NCBI GenBank assembly: GCA_033581555.1
Contig: JAVQSZ010000006.1
Span: 32,001 to 96,000 of the forward strand
DNA length: 64,000 nt
Direction: 5' to 3'
DNA from: Nitrososphaerota archaeon
Lineage (GTDB): Archaea > Thermoproteota > Nitrososphaeria_A > Caldarchaeales > Calditenuaceae
A program made the position numbers and the translations under genes. This document shows positions 1-9,017 of this stretch, piece after piece. How positions within the stretch are numbered: the first letter of the stretch is position 1; the number at the start of each line of letters is the position of its first letter. The notes under the pieces are model-generated. The model was given only the letters and a program-made list of their open reading frames with translations, made no database searches and had not been told where the DNA came from.

Positions 1-113
1 GCTATCCTCGCTTGGAGGTCCGGTATCAGCTGCTCCAAGACGGCCAGCTCGTCCAAGGCCCTCTGCAGGTCCTCCTGCGTCACCCTGACCGACACTCCGT
101 TCACCGGCCTCAT
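1..113 (-). CDS. 5' part of probable prefoldin alpha subunit (truncated by window edge)
   Basis: Manual translation MRPVNGVSVRVTQEDLQRALDELAVLEQLIPDLQARI; coiled-coil N-terminus resembling archaeal prefoldin alpha; not in ORF track. Confidence 0.45.
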   Translation of the reverse strand, partial: MRPVNGVSVRVTQEDLQRALDELAVLEQLIPDLQARI

Positions 114-227
114 CTCGATTTCCCGCCCTTGCTATAAGATTGATGGCCGCCGGTCCTCAAGGGCACATCGCTTCCGGCTCTTGGTTAAATAGGGGCTGAT
201 GGAAGGCGGTGCGGTGCCCGGAATATT

Positions 228-1655
228 GTGCTCCGAGTGTACAACAGTCTGACCAGGAGGGTCGAGGAGTTCAGGCCTCTGAGGGACAACAGGGTAAAGA
301 TGTACGTCTGCGGTCCGACGGTCTACGACTACGCGCACATAGGCCACGCGAGGACCTACGTCTCCTACGACTTCCTCGCCAGGTACCTCAGGGGCGCGGG
401 CTACTCGCTCTTCTACCTGATGAACATCACCGACGTCGACGACAAGATCATACAGAGGGCAGCGGAGAGGGGAGTCCACCCACTCGAGCTGGCGAAGGAG
501 TTCGAGGGGTACTTCATGGAGGACCTGAAGGACCTGAGGATAGAGAGCGTCAACCTCTTCGCGAGGGCCTCCGAGCACATCGAGGAGATCATCCAGCTGA
601 TCCGGAAGCTGCTGGAGAAAGGGTTCGCCTACGAGACCAGCACCGGCGTCTACTTCGACACGGAGGCCTTCGGGCCCTACGGTGAGCTCTCGGGGAGGGA
701 GCCGGAGGAGCTGAGCGTCCACAGGATCGAGCCTGACCCGACGAAGAGGAGGCCTCAGGACTTCGCGCTCTGGAAGCTGAGGCCCGAGACCGAGCTCGGA
801 TGGGACTCGCCCTGGGGATACGGGAGGCCGGGATGGCACATCGAGGACACCGCGATCATCCTGACCTACTTCGGGCCCCAGCTGGACGTCCACGGAGGCG
901 CGATCGAGCTGATCTTCCCCCACCACGAGGCCGAGAGGGCCCAGGCGGAGGCCGCGACCGGAGTCTCGCCCTTCTCGAGGTTCTGGATTCACACGGGCCT
1001 CCTGACGGTCGGGGGCGAGAAGATGTCCAAGTCCCTCGGGAACATCATCTCGATCAGGGACGTCCTGAGGAGGTACACCGCGGAGGAGCTCAGGTACCTC
1101 TATGCCTCCTCGCACTACAGGAGCCCGGTCGAGTTCAGCTGGGAGAACCTGGACGCGGCCTCGAGGGCCCTCGAGGGGATAGTCTCGGTCCTGCAGGAGT
1201 TCAGGAGCAGGGCCGTCGTCCAAGAGGAACTCGACGAGGATGGGAGGAGAACGCTCGGGGAGCTGAGGTCGAGCGGTTCGAGGTTCATCTCGGCGCTTGA
1301 GGACGACCTGAACACGCCCCAGGCAGTCTCGGCGCTCCACGAGGGCACCAAGGCCATCGCGAGGTACCTCGAGTCCCACGACGCGGTTCCGCAGGAGATG
1401 AGGGCCGAGGCCGAGGCCTTCTACGCGACGGTCGACTCGTTGCTGGGCGTGCTGCCCTCCGGACGCGTGAGGGGCGACGAGCTGCTCGGGGACGTGCTCT
1501 CGCTGCTGCTGGACGTGAGGGAGAGGCTCAGGTCCGAGAGACGGTTCGAGCTCGCCGACGCGATCAGGTCCGGCCTCTCGTCGATCGGCATTAGGGTCGA
1601 GGACACCGCGTCGGGTCCCCGCTGGAGGTTCGCCGGCAGACGTGTACTACGCTAG
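228..1655 (+). CDS. cysS: Cysteine--tRNA ligase
   Basis: MYVCGPTVYD, HIGH, GRPGWHIE, FPHHE and KMSKS motifs. Confidence 0.97.
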   Translation: MLRVYNSLTRRVEEFRPLRDNRVKMYVCGPTVYDYAHIGHARTYVSYDFLARYLRGAGYSLFYLMNITDVDDKIIQRAAERGVHPLELAKEFEGYFMEDLKDLRIESVNLFARASEHIEEIIQLIRKLLEKGFAYETSTGVYFDTEAFGPYGELSGREPEELSVHRIEPDPTKRRPQDFALWKLRPETELGWDSPWGYGRPGWHIEDTAIILTYFGPQLDVHGGAIELIFPHHEAERAQAEAATGVSPFSRFWIHTGLLTVGGEKMSKSLGNIISIRDVLRRYTAEELRYLYASSHYRSPVEFSWENLDAASRALEGIVSVLQEFRSRAVVQEELDEDGRRTLGELRSSGSRFISALEDDLNTPQAVSALHEGTKAIARYLESHDAVPQEMRAEAEAFYATVDSLLGVLPSGRVRGDELLGDVLSLLLDVRERLRSERRFELADAIRSGLSSIGIRVEDTASGPRWRFAGRRVLR

Positions 1656-1755
1656 TAAACCCAAAAGTTGTCGGATGGAAAGACTTAATACCGAGTAACC
1701 CTTATCTCTCCATGATGGGATCAAATAAAAATTCGGTCCGGGGTGGGATAAAGGC

Positions 1756-2700
1756 ATGAGCGGTCGCGTCAGGGCCTGGAGGGAGGACCTGATGTGCCCC
1801 GAGTGCGGGAGCACGAGGCTCGTCTCAGACCCCATGACCGGGGAGGTGAGCTGCGAGGAGTGCGGGGCCGTGGTCGTCGAGAAGGGCGTGAACAGGGGCC
1901 CGGAGTGGAGGGGCGCGGAGGAGGGAGAGGAGAGCAGGGCGAGGGCAGGTGCTCCGCTCTCGATCATGTACAAGGACTTCGGGCTCTCGACGGTGATCGA
2001 CAAGACCAGCGAGGACGCGGGGGGCAGGAGGCTCCCGAAGGAGGCGAGGGAGAAGATGCTGAGGCTGAAGAAGCTCGACCAGACCTCGCAGGTCAACGCC
2101 TCCGAGACCCGGAACCTCCAGCAGGCCGCTAACATCCTCGGGATCTACATGGACAAGCTGAACCTGCCGCAGGCCGTCGCAGAGCAGGCGATGCTGATCT
2201 ACAGGAAGGCGCTGAAGGCGGGACTGGTCAGGGGCAGGTCGATCAGGAGCATCATGGCCGCGGCGATCTACGCGGCCTGCAGGCTCAACGGCATCCCCAG
2301 GGACCTCAGGGAGTTCGAGAAGGCCTACCCGCTGGTGAAGAGGAAGACGATCGCCCAGGGGTACAGGCTGATGCTGAAGCACCTGAACATCAGGGTCCCG
2401 GTCACCGACCCGACGATCTACGTCTCTAAGATCGCGGCGAAGGTCAACGTCGACGAGAGGACCGTACAGGAGGCGGTGAGGATCCTCGCCGAGGCCGCGA
2501 AGAGGGGCGCGACGATCGGGAAGGACCCCGTAGGGATAGCAGCCGCCGCGCTCTACATGGCCTGCCAGGAGACGATGCAGAACGTCACCCAGAAGGACAT
2601 CGCGAGGGCCGCGGGCGTCACGGAGGTCACCGTGAGGAACAGGTTCAAGGGCCTGAAGGAGGTCCTAGAGGGCCCGGCTAAGGCCGAAGTCCAGGGTTGA
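1756..2700 (+). CDS. tfb: Transcription initiation factor IIB (TFB)
   Basis: N-terminal Zn ribbon CPECG..CEECG, GPEWR B-finger, two cyclin repeats ending GVTEVTVRNR. Confidence 0.97.
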   Translation: MSGRVRAWREDLMCPECGSTRLVSDPMTGEVSCEECGAVVVEKGVNRGPEWRGAEEGEESRARAGAPLSIMYKDFGLSTVIDKTSEDAGGRRLPKEAREKMLRLKKLDQTSQVNASETRNLQQAANILGIYMDKLNLPQAVAEQAMLIYRKALKAGLVRGRSIRSIMAAAIYAACRLNGIPRDLREFEKAYPLVKRKTIAQGYRLMLKHLNIRVPVTDPTIYVSKIAAKVNVDERTVQEAVRILAEAAKRGATIGKDPVGIAAAALYMACQETMQNVTQKDIARAAGVTEVTVRNRFKGLKEVLEGPAKAEVQG

Positions 2701-2874
2701 TCGGGTTCGGAAGGCCTCACGGCCTCCTCTCACCCACTCGAGCTGACGCCCTTTACGCCTTTTCGCTGACCTCGTATTACCCAAACGCTCCGGAGCCGGG
2801 AAGACTCATCGGGGACGTTCCCGGGGTGAAGCTATAAGAGAGTGTGAGAGCGGGTGACGTGGGATAACAACGTG

Positions 2875-4026
2875 ATGCAGCCCAAGTTGGTGTTGGCCGC
2901 GGCTCCAGGCACGGGACAGCTGGAGGACTCGACGCTGTTCATGCTCTTCTGGTTCCTGTTCATCATGCTATCGTTCTTCTTCTATCCGATACTCGGGCAG
3001 AGGATGCAGCTGATCAACATCCTTAGGGATATCGACAGGAAGCTCTACAGGCTCAAGGTGATGAGGGACGACGTCAGGTCCCGGACGATAGCCGCCATTA
3101 AGCAGAGCGGCAACAACGAGTCGGAGGAGGAGATCGGGAAGAAGTTGGACGTCCTCCTGGACTACTTCTACATAGCCCCCGAGTCGATGGACCCGTACGG
3201 CGTCGTCTACAAGCTGGAGCACATCCTCAACATTGGCGAGAACAGGTTCGAGGATCAGGTCGCGTCATTGGTGAGGACCGAGGACCGTGACAGGCTCAAG
3301 ACCCTCACGAACCTCGTCGAGGTCGCGAGGGCCATGAACGTCATCTACAGGGTCGTGAGGCACTACTACCTCTTGGGCAGGAAGACCGCCAACTACTTCA
3401 TCGCTCTCCAGATCCAGATGCAGCTCCCTATAATCATGGAGCTCGCGGAGGCGTACAGGCAGGCCTCTTTCGCCTTCTACAACGGCCAGCCCATCGGGGA
3501 CGGAGCCGGGGTCTTGGTCGCGGCGAAGTTCGCGAGGGAGATAAACGCGGTCCCGGTCGACGAGAGCGTGAAGGACACGGTCGTGCTGCTGGGACAGTTC
3601 GAGGGTAGGAAGGTCTACGTCGTCAGGGCTAAGGGCCCCGGAGGGACGGTCGGGAGGCCAGGGGACGCGGTGAAGAAGGTCATCGAGACCGAGGGGAGGG
3701 TGGACCTCGTGGTGACGATCGACGCGGCGCTGAAGCTCGAGGGCGAGGAGACCGGGAAGGTGGCTGAGGGGGTCGGCGTGGCGATCGGCGGCCCGGGGAT
3801 CGACAAGTTCAAGATCGAGACGATAGCGAAGGACAGGGGCGTACCGCTCTACGCCTACGTGATCTTCCAGTCGATCGGTGAGGCGATAACCCCGATGAAG
3901 GAGTCGATAGCGAAGGCGAGTGATGTCATACTGACGAAGCTCAAGGAGACGATAAGGAAGAACGTCCCGGAGAACGGGACGGTCGTCGTCGCGGGGATCG
4001 GGAACACCGTCGGCATAGGGATGTAG
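2875..4026 (+). CDS. DUF1512 family membrane-anchored protein
   Basis: N-terminal TM helix; PIGDG, IDAALKLEGE, GIGNT motifs typical of archaeal DUF1512; start at ATG 2875 or GTG 2854. Confidence 0.8.
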   Translation: MQPKLVLAAAPGTGQLEDSTLFMLFWFLFIMLSFFFYPILGQRMQLINILRDIDRKLYRLKVMRDDVRSRTIAAIKQSGNNESEEEIGKKLDVLLDYFYIAPESMDPYGVVYKLEHILNIGENRFEDQVASLVRTEDRDRLKTLTNLVEVARAMNVIYRVVRHYYLLGRKTANYFIALQIQMQLPIIMELAEAYRQASFAFYNGQPIGDGAGVLVAAKFAREINAVPVDESVKDTVVLLGQFEGRKVYVVRAKGPGGTVGRPGDAVKKVIETEGRVDLVVTIDAALKLEGEETGKVAEGVGVAIGGPGIDKFKIETIAKDRGVPLYAYVIFQSIGEAITPMKESIAKASDVILTKLKETIRKNVPENGTVVVAGIGNTVGIGM

Positions 4027-4036
4027 CGGCGCCCCT

Positions 4037-5125
4037 CTAGGTCCGCTTGAGCCTGGGCGCGACCCTCTGGTTATACCACTCGAGGAGGGGCCCGTGGAGG
4101 ACGTAGGCAGCTCTCCCTAGGTCCCTCAAGTCCCTCGATCCGGTCAGCATCATCGCGACCCTCAGCTCCGAACGCACCCTCTGCGCCAGCCTGACCACCG
4201 AGTCCGGGCCCTCCAGCGCGGCGAGGAGGAAGGGCCTCGCCATCCCTGCCATCTCGGCTCCTAAGGCGATCAACTTCGCGACCTCGAGGCCGTTCCTGAT
4301 GCCACCCGACCCGACGACCTCGACCCCATCGACGCAGGACGACTCGAGGACCGATGCGGCCGTGGGTATCCCCCACTCCCTGTAGAGCTCCGCGAGCACC
4401 GCCCTCTCCTCATCCCCCGCCTCGAGGGCCCTCCTCCTCTCGATCTCGGTCCAGTTGGTGCCCCCGGACCCCGCGACGTCGACCGCGGCCACCCCGACCT
4501 CCCTCAGGAGGACCACGTCCTCGTAGCTGAGCCCGCACCCGACCTCCTTGACGATCACCGGCACGCCGACCTCCTCGACCGTCCTCTCGAGGCTCCTGAG
4601 GACGCCCGCGAAGGACGCGTCGCCTCCCGGCTGGACGAGCTCCTGCAGGACGTTGACGTGCACCGCGAGCGCGTTGGCCTCGAGCATCTCGACGGCCTTA
4701 GCCGCGAAAGAAGGCCCCTCCCTCGCCAGCTGCGCGGCCCCTACGTTCGCGATCAGGAAGACGTCGGGCCCGACCTCCCTCGCGACCGTGAAGCTCCTCC
4801 TGACGCTGGGGTCTACTATCCCGGCCCTCTGGCTCCCCACGCCGAGTGGTATCCCCAGGGACTGGGCGGCCCTCGCGAGGGCCTCGTTGATCCTCATGGC
4901 CTCGCCGGTCCCCCCGGTCATCCCCTCTATCAGCAGGGGCATCGAGAAGTTCCTCCCGAGGAAGGAGCACTCCGTGTCGATCTCTTCCAGCGAGAGCTCC
5001 GGCACCGCCCTGTGGACCAGCTCGACGTGCTCCAACCAGTTGGTCTTCCGGTACTCAACGTCGCCTCCCGCAGCGATCCTGATGTGGTCGCTCTTCCTCC
5101 TGCTCAGCTCCTCCGGCAAAATCAC
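4037..5125 (-). CDS. fni: Type 2 isopentenyl-diphosphate delta-isomerase (FMN-dependent)
   Basis: RKSDHI, MTGG, GVGSQR, VKEVGCG, GGTNW, SGGIR motifs. Confidence 0.95.
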   Translation of the reverse strand: MILPEELSRRKSDHIRIAAGGDVEYRKTNWLEHVELVHRAVPELSLEEIDTECSFLGRNFSMPLLIEGMTGGTGEAMRINEALARAAQSLGIPLGVGSQRAGIVDPSVRRSFTVAREVGPDVFLIANVGAAQLAREGPSFAAKAVEMLEANALAVHVNVLQELVQPGGDASFAGVLRSLERTVEEVGVPVIVKEVGCGLSYEDVVLLREVGVAAVDVAGSGGTNWTEIERRRALEAGDEERAVLAELYREWGIPTAASVLESSCVDGVEVVGSGGIRNGLEVAKLIALGAEMAGMARPFLLAALEGPDSVVRLAQRVRSELRVAMMLTGSRDLRDLGRAAYVLHGPLLEWYNQRVAPRLKRT

Positions 5126-5346
5126 TGCACCGGCGCCTCGCCGCCGGCCTCGCCCTTAGCGGAGAGGCGGGCGAGCCTCGTCAAGTACCCAGCGACCTTG
5201 TTCCTGAACTTCTTGGAGACCTGGCCCCTAAGGACCCGACCCACCAGCAGCTTGTTCTCCTCGTAGGAGGTCGAGACCCTGCCCCCGAGGGCCTCCATGA
5301 TCTCCCTCGCGGCCCTCTTCACCTTCGCCGTCCTGATCTTACCCAT
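5122..5346 (-). CDS. rps17e: 30S ribosomal protein eS17 (S17e)
   Basis: MGKIRTAKVKR...SKKFRNKVAGYLTR; start set at ATG 5346. Confidence 0.93.
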   Translation of the reverse strand: MGKIRTAKVKRAAREIMEALGGRVSTSYEENKLLVGRVLRGQVSKKFRNKVAGYLTRLARLSAKGEAGGEAPVQ

Positions 5347-5542
5347 TCCCGAGTTGCTCCGGGGCTCGGGTCGCATTTATCGGTATCACGGGCCTCTCCG
5401 TACGAGGTCAAGCGTCGCGGAGCAGGATTTTATAGGCGCCAGGTATTTGAGGGCTCGAATGCACTCCTGCTGGTTCGGCTCGGGTTCCACGGGCCGGGCG
5501 AAGACGGGGGCCTTCAACCTGACGCTCGGGTCGTCTGAGGTC

Positions 5543-6115
5543 GTGATCGACTCGATCGAGGCGGTCGAGGTCCCGGTCAGCGAGGTAAGGGAGGCGGTGA
5601 GGAGGTACGGCGTGGGGAAGGTCACCGAGGTGAAGAGGCGCGGCGAGGTGAACTTCGTCCTCCAGTGGATCCGGAACAGGTCCCTGATCAGGTACATCGT
5701 GAACTGGGGAAAGCTCTCCTCGATATTCCCGGTGCACCTCACGACCGCCTGCTGCTCCGTCGAGTACGCGGGTACGGTCGGGTCCAGGTACGACCCCGAG
5801 AGGTTCGGGATACTCAACGCGGTCGGGTCGCTCAGGCAGTCAGACCTGATGCTGGTCGAGGGGACTGTCACCACGAAGATGGCCCAGAGGGTCAGGGTGA
5901 TCTACGACCAGATGCCGGACCCGAAGTGGGTGGTCGCGATGGGGGCCTGCTCGATCTCCGGGGGCCTCTACGCGAAGGACTCCTACAACGTCCTCCAGGG
6001 GATCGACGACATAGTCCCAGTCGACGTCTACGTCCCCGGCTGCCCGCCCCGCCCCGAGACCCTCATTCAGGGCTTCGTCCTCCTCAGGGACAAGATACTG
6101 AACGAGCGCCTCTAG
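5543..6115 (+). CDS. nuoB: NADH-quinone oxidoreductase-like subunit B
   Basis: ACC, QMPDPKWV, MGAC, VPGCPP Fe-S N2 motifs; start uncertain (GTG 5543 or ATG 5459). Confidence 0.92.
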   Translation: MIDSIEAVEVPVSEVREAVRRYGVGKVTEVKRRGEVNFVLQWIRNRSLIRYIVNWGKLSSIFPVHLTTACCSVEYAGTVGSRYDPERFGILNAVGSLRQSDLMLVEGTVTTKMAQRVRVIYDQMPDPKWVVAMGACSISGGLYAKDSYNVLQGIDDIVPVDVYVPGCPPRPETLIQGFVLLRDKILNERL

Positions 6116-6604
6116 GTGGACGCGTTGTCAAAGGTCGCCAGGATGGTGGAGGAGCTGAGGGCCGCGTTCGGGGACAAGGTGAGGTCGGTCTCGGTGGACA
6201 GGAAGATGGTCAAGGTCGAGGTCGACCCTTCAGTGGTCGTGGAGGCGGCTGCGTTCGTCAAGGAGAGGGGCTTCGACCACGTCAAGGGCGTGACCGGCGT
6301 GGACCTCGTTGCCCTGACGAAGCCCGAGAACGCGATAGAGGTGATGTACCACGCGGGCTCCTACACCGATGAGGAGCTAGCGGGGACCGTCCTCACGATC
6401 TCGGTCAAGCTGCCGAGGGACAGGCCCGAGATGCCCTCGCTGACCGGCGTCTGGAGGAGCGCAGAGTACCACGAGCGGGAGACATTTGAGATGCTGGGCG
6501 TGGTCTTCAAGGGCCACCAGGACCTAAGGAGACTCCTGCTGCCCGAGTGGTGGTCCGACCTGCCGCCGCTCAGGAAGGACTACAAGCCCCCGGGAAGGGA
6601 GTGA
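6116..6604 (+). CDS. nuoC: NADH-quinone oxidoreductase-like subunit C
   Basis: YHERETFEMLGVVFKGH..LRRLLLPE..PPLRKDY. Confidence 0.92.
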   Translation: MDALSKVARMVEELRAAFGDKVRSVSVDRKMVKVEVDPSVVVEAAAFVKERGFDHVKGVTGVDLVALTKPENAIEVMYHAGSYTDEELAGTVLTISVKLPRDRPEMPSLTGVWRSAEYHERETFEMLGVVFKGHQDLRRLLLPEWWSDLPPLRKDYKPPGRE

Positions 6605-6608
6605 GCTC

Positions 6609-7952
6609 TCAGGCCTTCTCGACCATCGCCCACCTCGCGCCCCTGCCCGGGTGCCTCGTCTTCTCCCAGAAGACGTCTTTGAACAGCTCCTGGTAGAGGG
6701 CCCTCAGGGCCGCGATCGGCATCATCACGTTCGTGTAGAAGACGAAGTGCGGGACCCTCTTCAAGAAGCTCACCGGTATCCGCTCGAGCTCCTTTCCCAC
6801 GTACCACACGCCGTAGTAGAGAACGTTGAAGAAGAGCGGCAATATCGCGATCACGGGGAAGGTCCCGGACATGTAGTCCGTCCCGATGACGTCGAAGAAC
6901 TCGAGGAGGTAGAGGGCGGTCATGCCGTACGCTACCCAATTGAAGACGACGATCAGCGGTGCTACCAGCATCATCAGTATCGATAGGACGTTGACCAGAG
7001 ACCTCGGGTGCTTGATCCCCATCCAAGTGATCGCGGGACCATGAGCGAAGAGCGACTGGAGCCATCCCCTGAACCACCTGGTCCTCTGCCTCAGCCAAGA
7101 GTTGAAGTCCACCGGCGCCTCCTCCCAGTGCCTCGCGTCAATCACGACGGTCCTGTAGCCGTGGAGGTGCAGCCTCAGCGCGAGCTCAGCGTCCTCTGCC
7201 AGGTTGAGCGGGTCCCACCTGGCCACCGTCATCAACGTCGTCCTCTCGATGTAGTTGCCCGTCCCTCCCAGGGGCGCGTAGAGCCTCAGCTTGCTCCGTC
7301 CGTTTAGGAGTACCCTGAACCACCCGGCGTACTCACAGGCGAAGAGCTCCGATATCCAGGAGTCCTTCACGTTGCTCACTCTCAATATGGCCTGGATCAC
7401 ACTGTGGCCGTCGTTGACCACGGCCGCGTTCACCTTCTCGAGGATGTCGTTGTCCAGGAGGTCCTCCACGTCGACGACCCCCACCACGTCGCCGGTTGTC
7501 AGGGCGAGGGCGTCGTTGAGGGCGCTGGGCTTCGTCGGGAAGAGCCTCCTCCTAGCTAGGGGCTTCACGTAGCCCGGGTAGAGCTGCTGGAGGTGGAAGA
7601 CGATCCTCTCCGTCCCCTCGTCGTCGACTACCGGTATTATCTCCTTCAGGTGCTTAGGGTACCACACCTCGTGGACGATGTGGTTCACGGTCCTCTCTAT
7701 GAGCGGCTCGTTCCTCGCTGGAACGATCAGCGAGAACTTCAGCTTCCTCAGAGCAGGTCTGGAGGGAGAGTAGGGAGGTTTGCGGCCCGCGATGAAATAG
7801 GTCGTGTGGAAAGCCCCCCAGAGCGTGTAGATTCCGACGATCGACCAGGCGACGAGAGTCAGGGTCTCCTTGGTCCATAGGTAAAGTGAGACGGATAGAG
7901 CGAGAACCAGGAGGACGAGTATCCCTATCCTCTTGGCCCTCCTACCCCTCAC
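6609..7952 (-). CDS. Processive membrane glycosyltransferase family 2
   Basis: PARNE, TKPSALN, DVED, NLAED, RQRTRW (QxxRW) motifs with N- and C-terminal TM helices. Confidence 0.88.
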   Translation of the reverse strand: MRGRRAKRIGILVLLVLALSVSLYLWTKETLTLVAWSIVGIYTLWGAFHTTYFIAGRKPPYSPSRPALRKLKFSLIVPARNEPLIERTVNHIVHEVWYPKHLKEIIPVVDDEGTERIVFHLQQLYPGYVKPLARRRLFPTKPSALNDALALTTGDVVGVVDVEDLLDNDILEKVNAAVVNDGHSVIQAILRVSNVKDSWISELFACEYAGWFRVLLNGRSKLRLYAPLGGTGNYIERTTLMTVARWDPLNLAEDAELALRLHLHGYRTVVIDARHWEEAPVDFNSWLRQRTRWFRGWLQSLFAHGPAITWMGIKHPRSLVNVLSILMMLVAPLIVVFNWVAYGMTALYLLEFFDVIGTDYMSGTFPVIAILPLFFNVLYYGVWYVGKELERIPVSFLKRVPHFVFYTNVMMPIAALRALYQELFKDVFWEKTRHPGRGARWAMVEKA

Positions 7953-8952
7953 GGATCTCCCTCTCCAGCTTAGGGAGGACCTCCAGGGCCGCGGCGGAGG
8001 GATCGGAGCTCTTGTACGTCATCGCTTTCAGGACGCGGGGGCTGAAGAACCCTTCGAGCCCCTCGAGCTGGCCGCCGGACCTGCTGGAGATGGAGTTCCT
8101 CAGCGACCTCTCGACCGACTCCGGCATGAGGACCAGGAACTTCACGCCGAGGTCTAGGGCCGTCACCATAATGTCCGTCAGCTGCTCGAAGGCCGTGGCC
8201 ACCTCGTCGACGACCGTGACCGCGAACCTGCCGCTGGCGCTCTCGACGTAGAGCGGAATCAGGTGCTCCCTGGAGCTGAGCTGGCCCCTCTTGTTCACGA
8301 ACTGCTCGATCGTCGCTTTCGGCAGGCGACTCTCCAGCTCCCGGGCGACTATCGCGAGGACCTCGTATCTGCTGACGGGCGCGGAGGGGGAATAGACGAA
8401 GACGGGGACTCTGATTAGGGCCAGCTCGTCGAGCCTCATAACGTGCTCGTTCCTGCAGGTGATCCTGTAGAGGGGGAACTGGAACTTGTGGTTGCAGGTG
8501 TTGCACGAGTACCCGATCCCGGGCCTCCCGTAGTCTATCCCGACGGTCTTGAGGGTCTTGGAGCAGACTGGGCAGACCAGCTCCCCCGAACCGGTCCTGA
8601 ACCTCGAGATGTCGTCCGAGTAGTGGCACTCGTAGTGGATGACTAGGTCGACCTTCTCGATGTCTGGACTGAGGCAGTTGGGACAGTGGATGTTGATCGC
8701 CAGGTCGAGGTTCCCGCATACGGGGCAGGAGGGGAAGGCCACGTGCCGCTCGACCTTCAGGACCCCAATCTCCGCCAGGAGGTACATCTTGCCCTCGGGG
8801 AGCTTGAGACCTCCCACGTCGTAGAAGACCCCGCTCCCGAGCGACCTCTCCGGCCGGAGCTCCTGGCCGGGCTTGAGGTTGACCTCTAGCACCTTTGCCA
8901 GCTCCGCGACCTCTAGCTTCTGCTTCGCCTGCGGCTTAGAGCTCGTCGTCAA
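7942..8952 (-). CDS. TackOD1-like multi-Zn-ribbon protein with C-terminal alpha/beta domain
   Basis: CPVC..HCPNC..IHYEC..CPVC..GIDY..CNTC..C array matching the TACK output domain 1 pattern. Confidence 0.7.
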   Translation of the reverse strand: MTTSSKPQAKQKLEVAELAKVLEVNLKPGQELRPERSLGSGVFYDVGGLKLPEGKMYLLAEIGVLKVERHVAFPSCPVCGNLDLAINIHCPNCLSPDIEKVDLVIHYECHYSDDISRFRTGSGELVCPVCSKTLKTVGIDYGRPGIGYSCNTCNHKFQFPLYRITCRNEHVMRLDELALIRVPVFVYSPSAPVSRYEVLAIVARELESRLPKATIEQFVNKRGQLSSREHLIPLYVESASGRFAVTVVDEVATAFEQLTDIMVTALDLGVKFLVLMPESVERSLRNSISSRSGGQLEGLEGFFSPRVLKAMTYKSSDPSAAALEVLPKLEREIREG

Positions 8953-9017
8953 GATTTCCGCATTAATACCCCCGTGTCGTATATTACCATTCTCAGTAAA
9001 CTGAAGGGACGTAGCCG

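Noticed and set aside
2740-2790. Segments resembling antisense 16S rRNA (CTTTACGCC, CGTATTACC) near two CTGA boxes
   Set aside because: No C box; the matches are short and fit bacterial rather than archaeal 16S, so chance is likely
5297-5542. Long N-terminal extension of nuoB in the ORF track
   Set aside because: Overlaps rps17e and the divergent promoter; not NuoB-like
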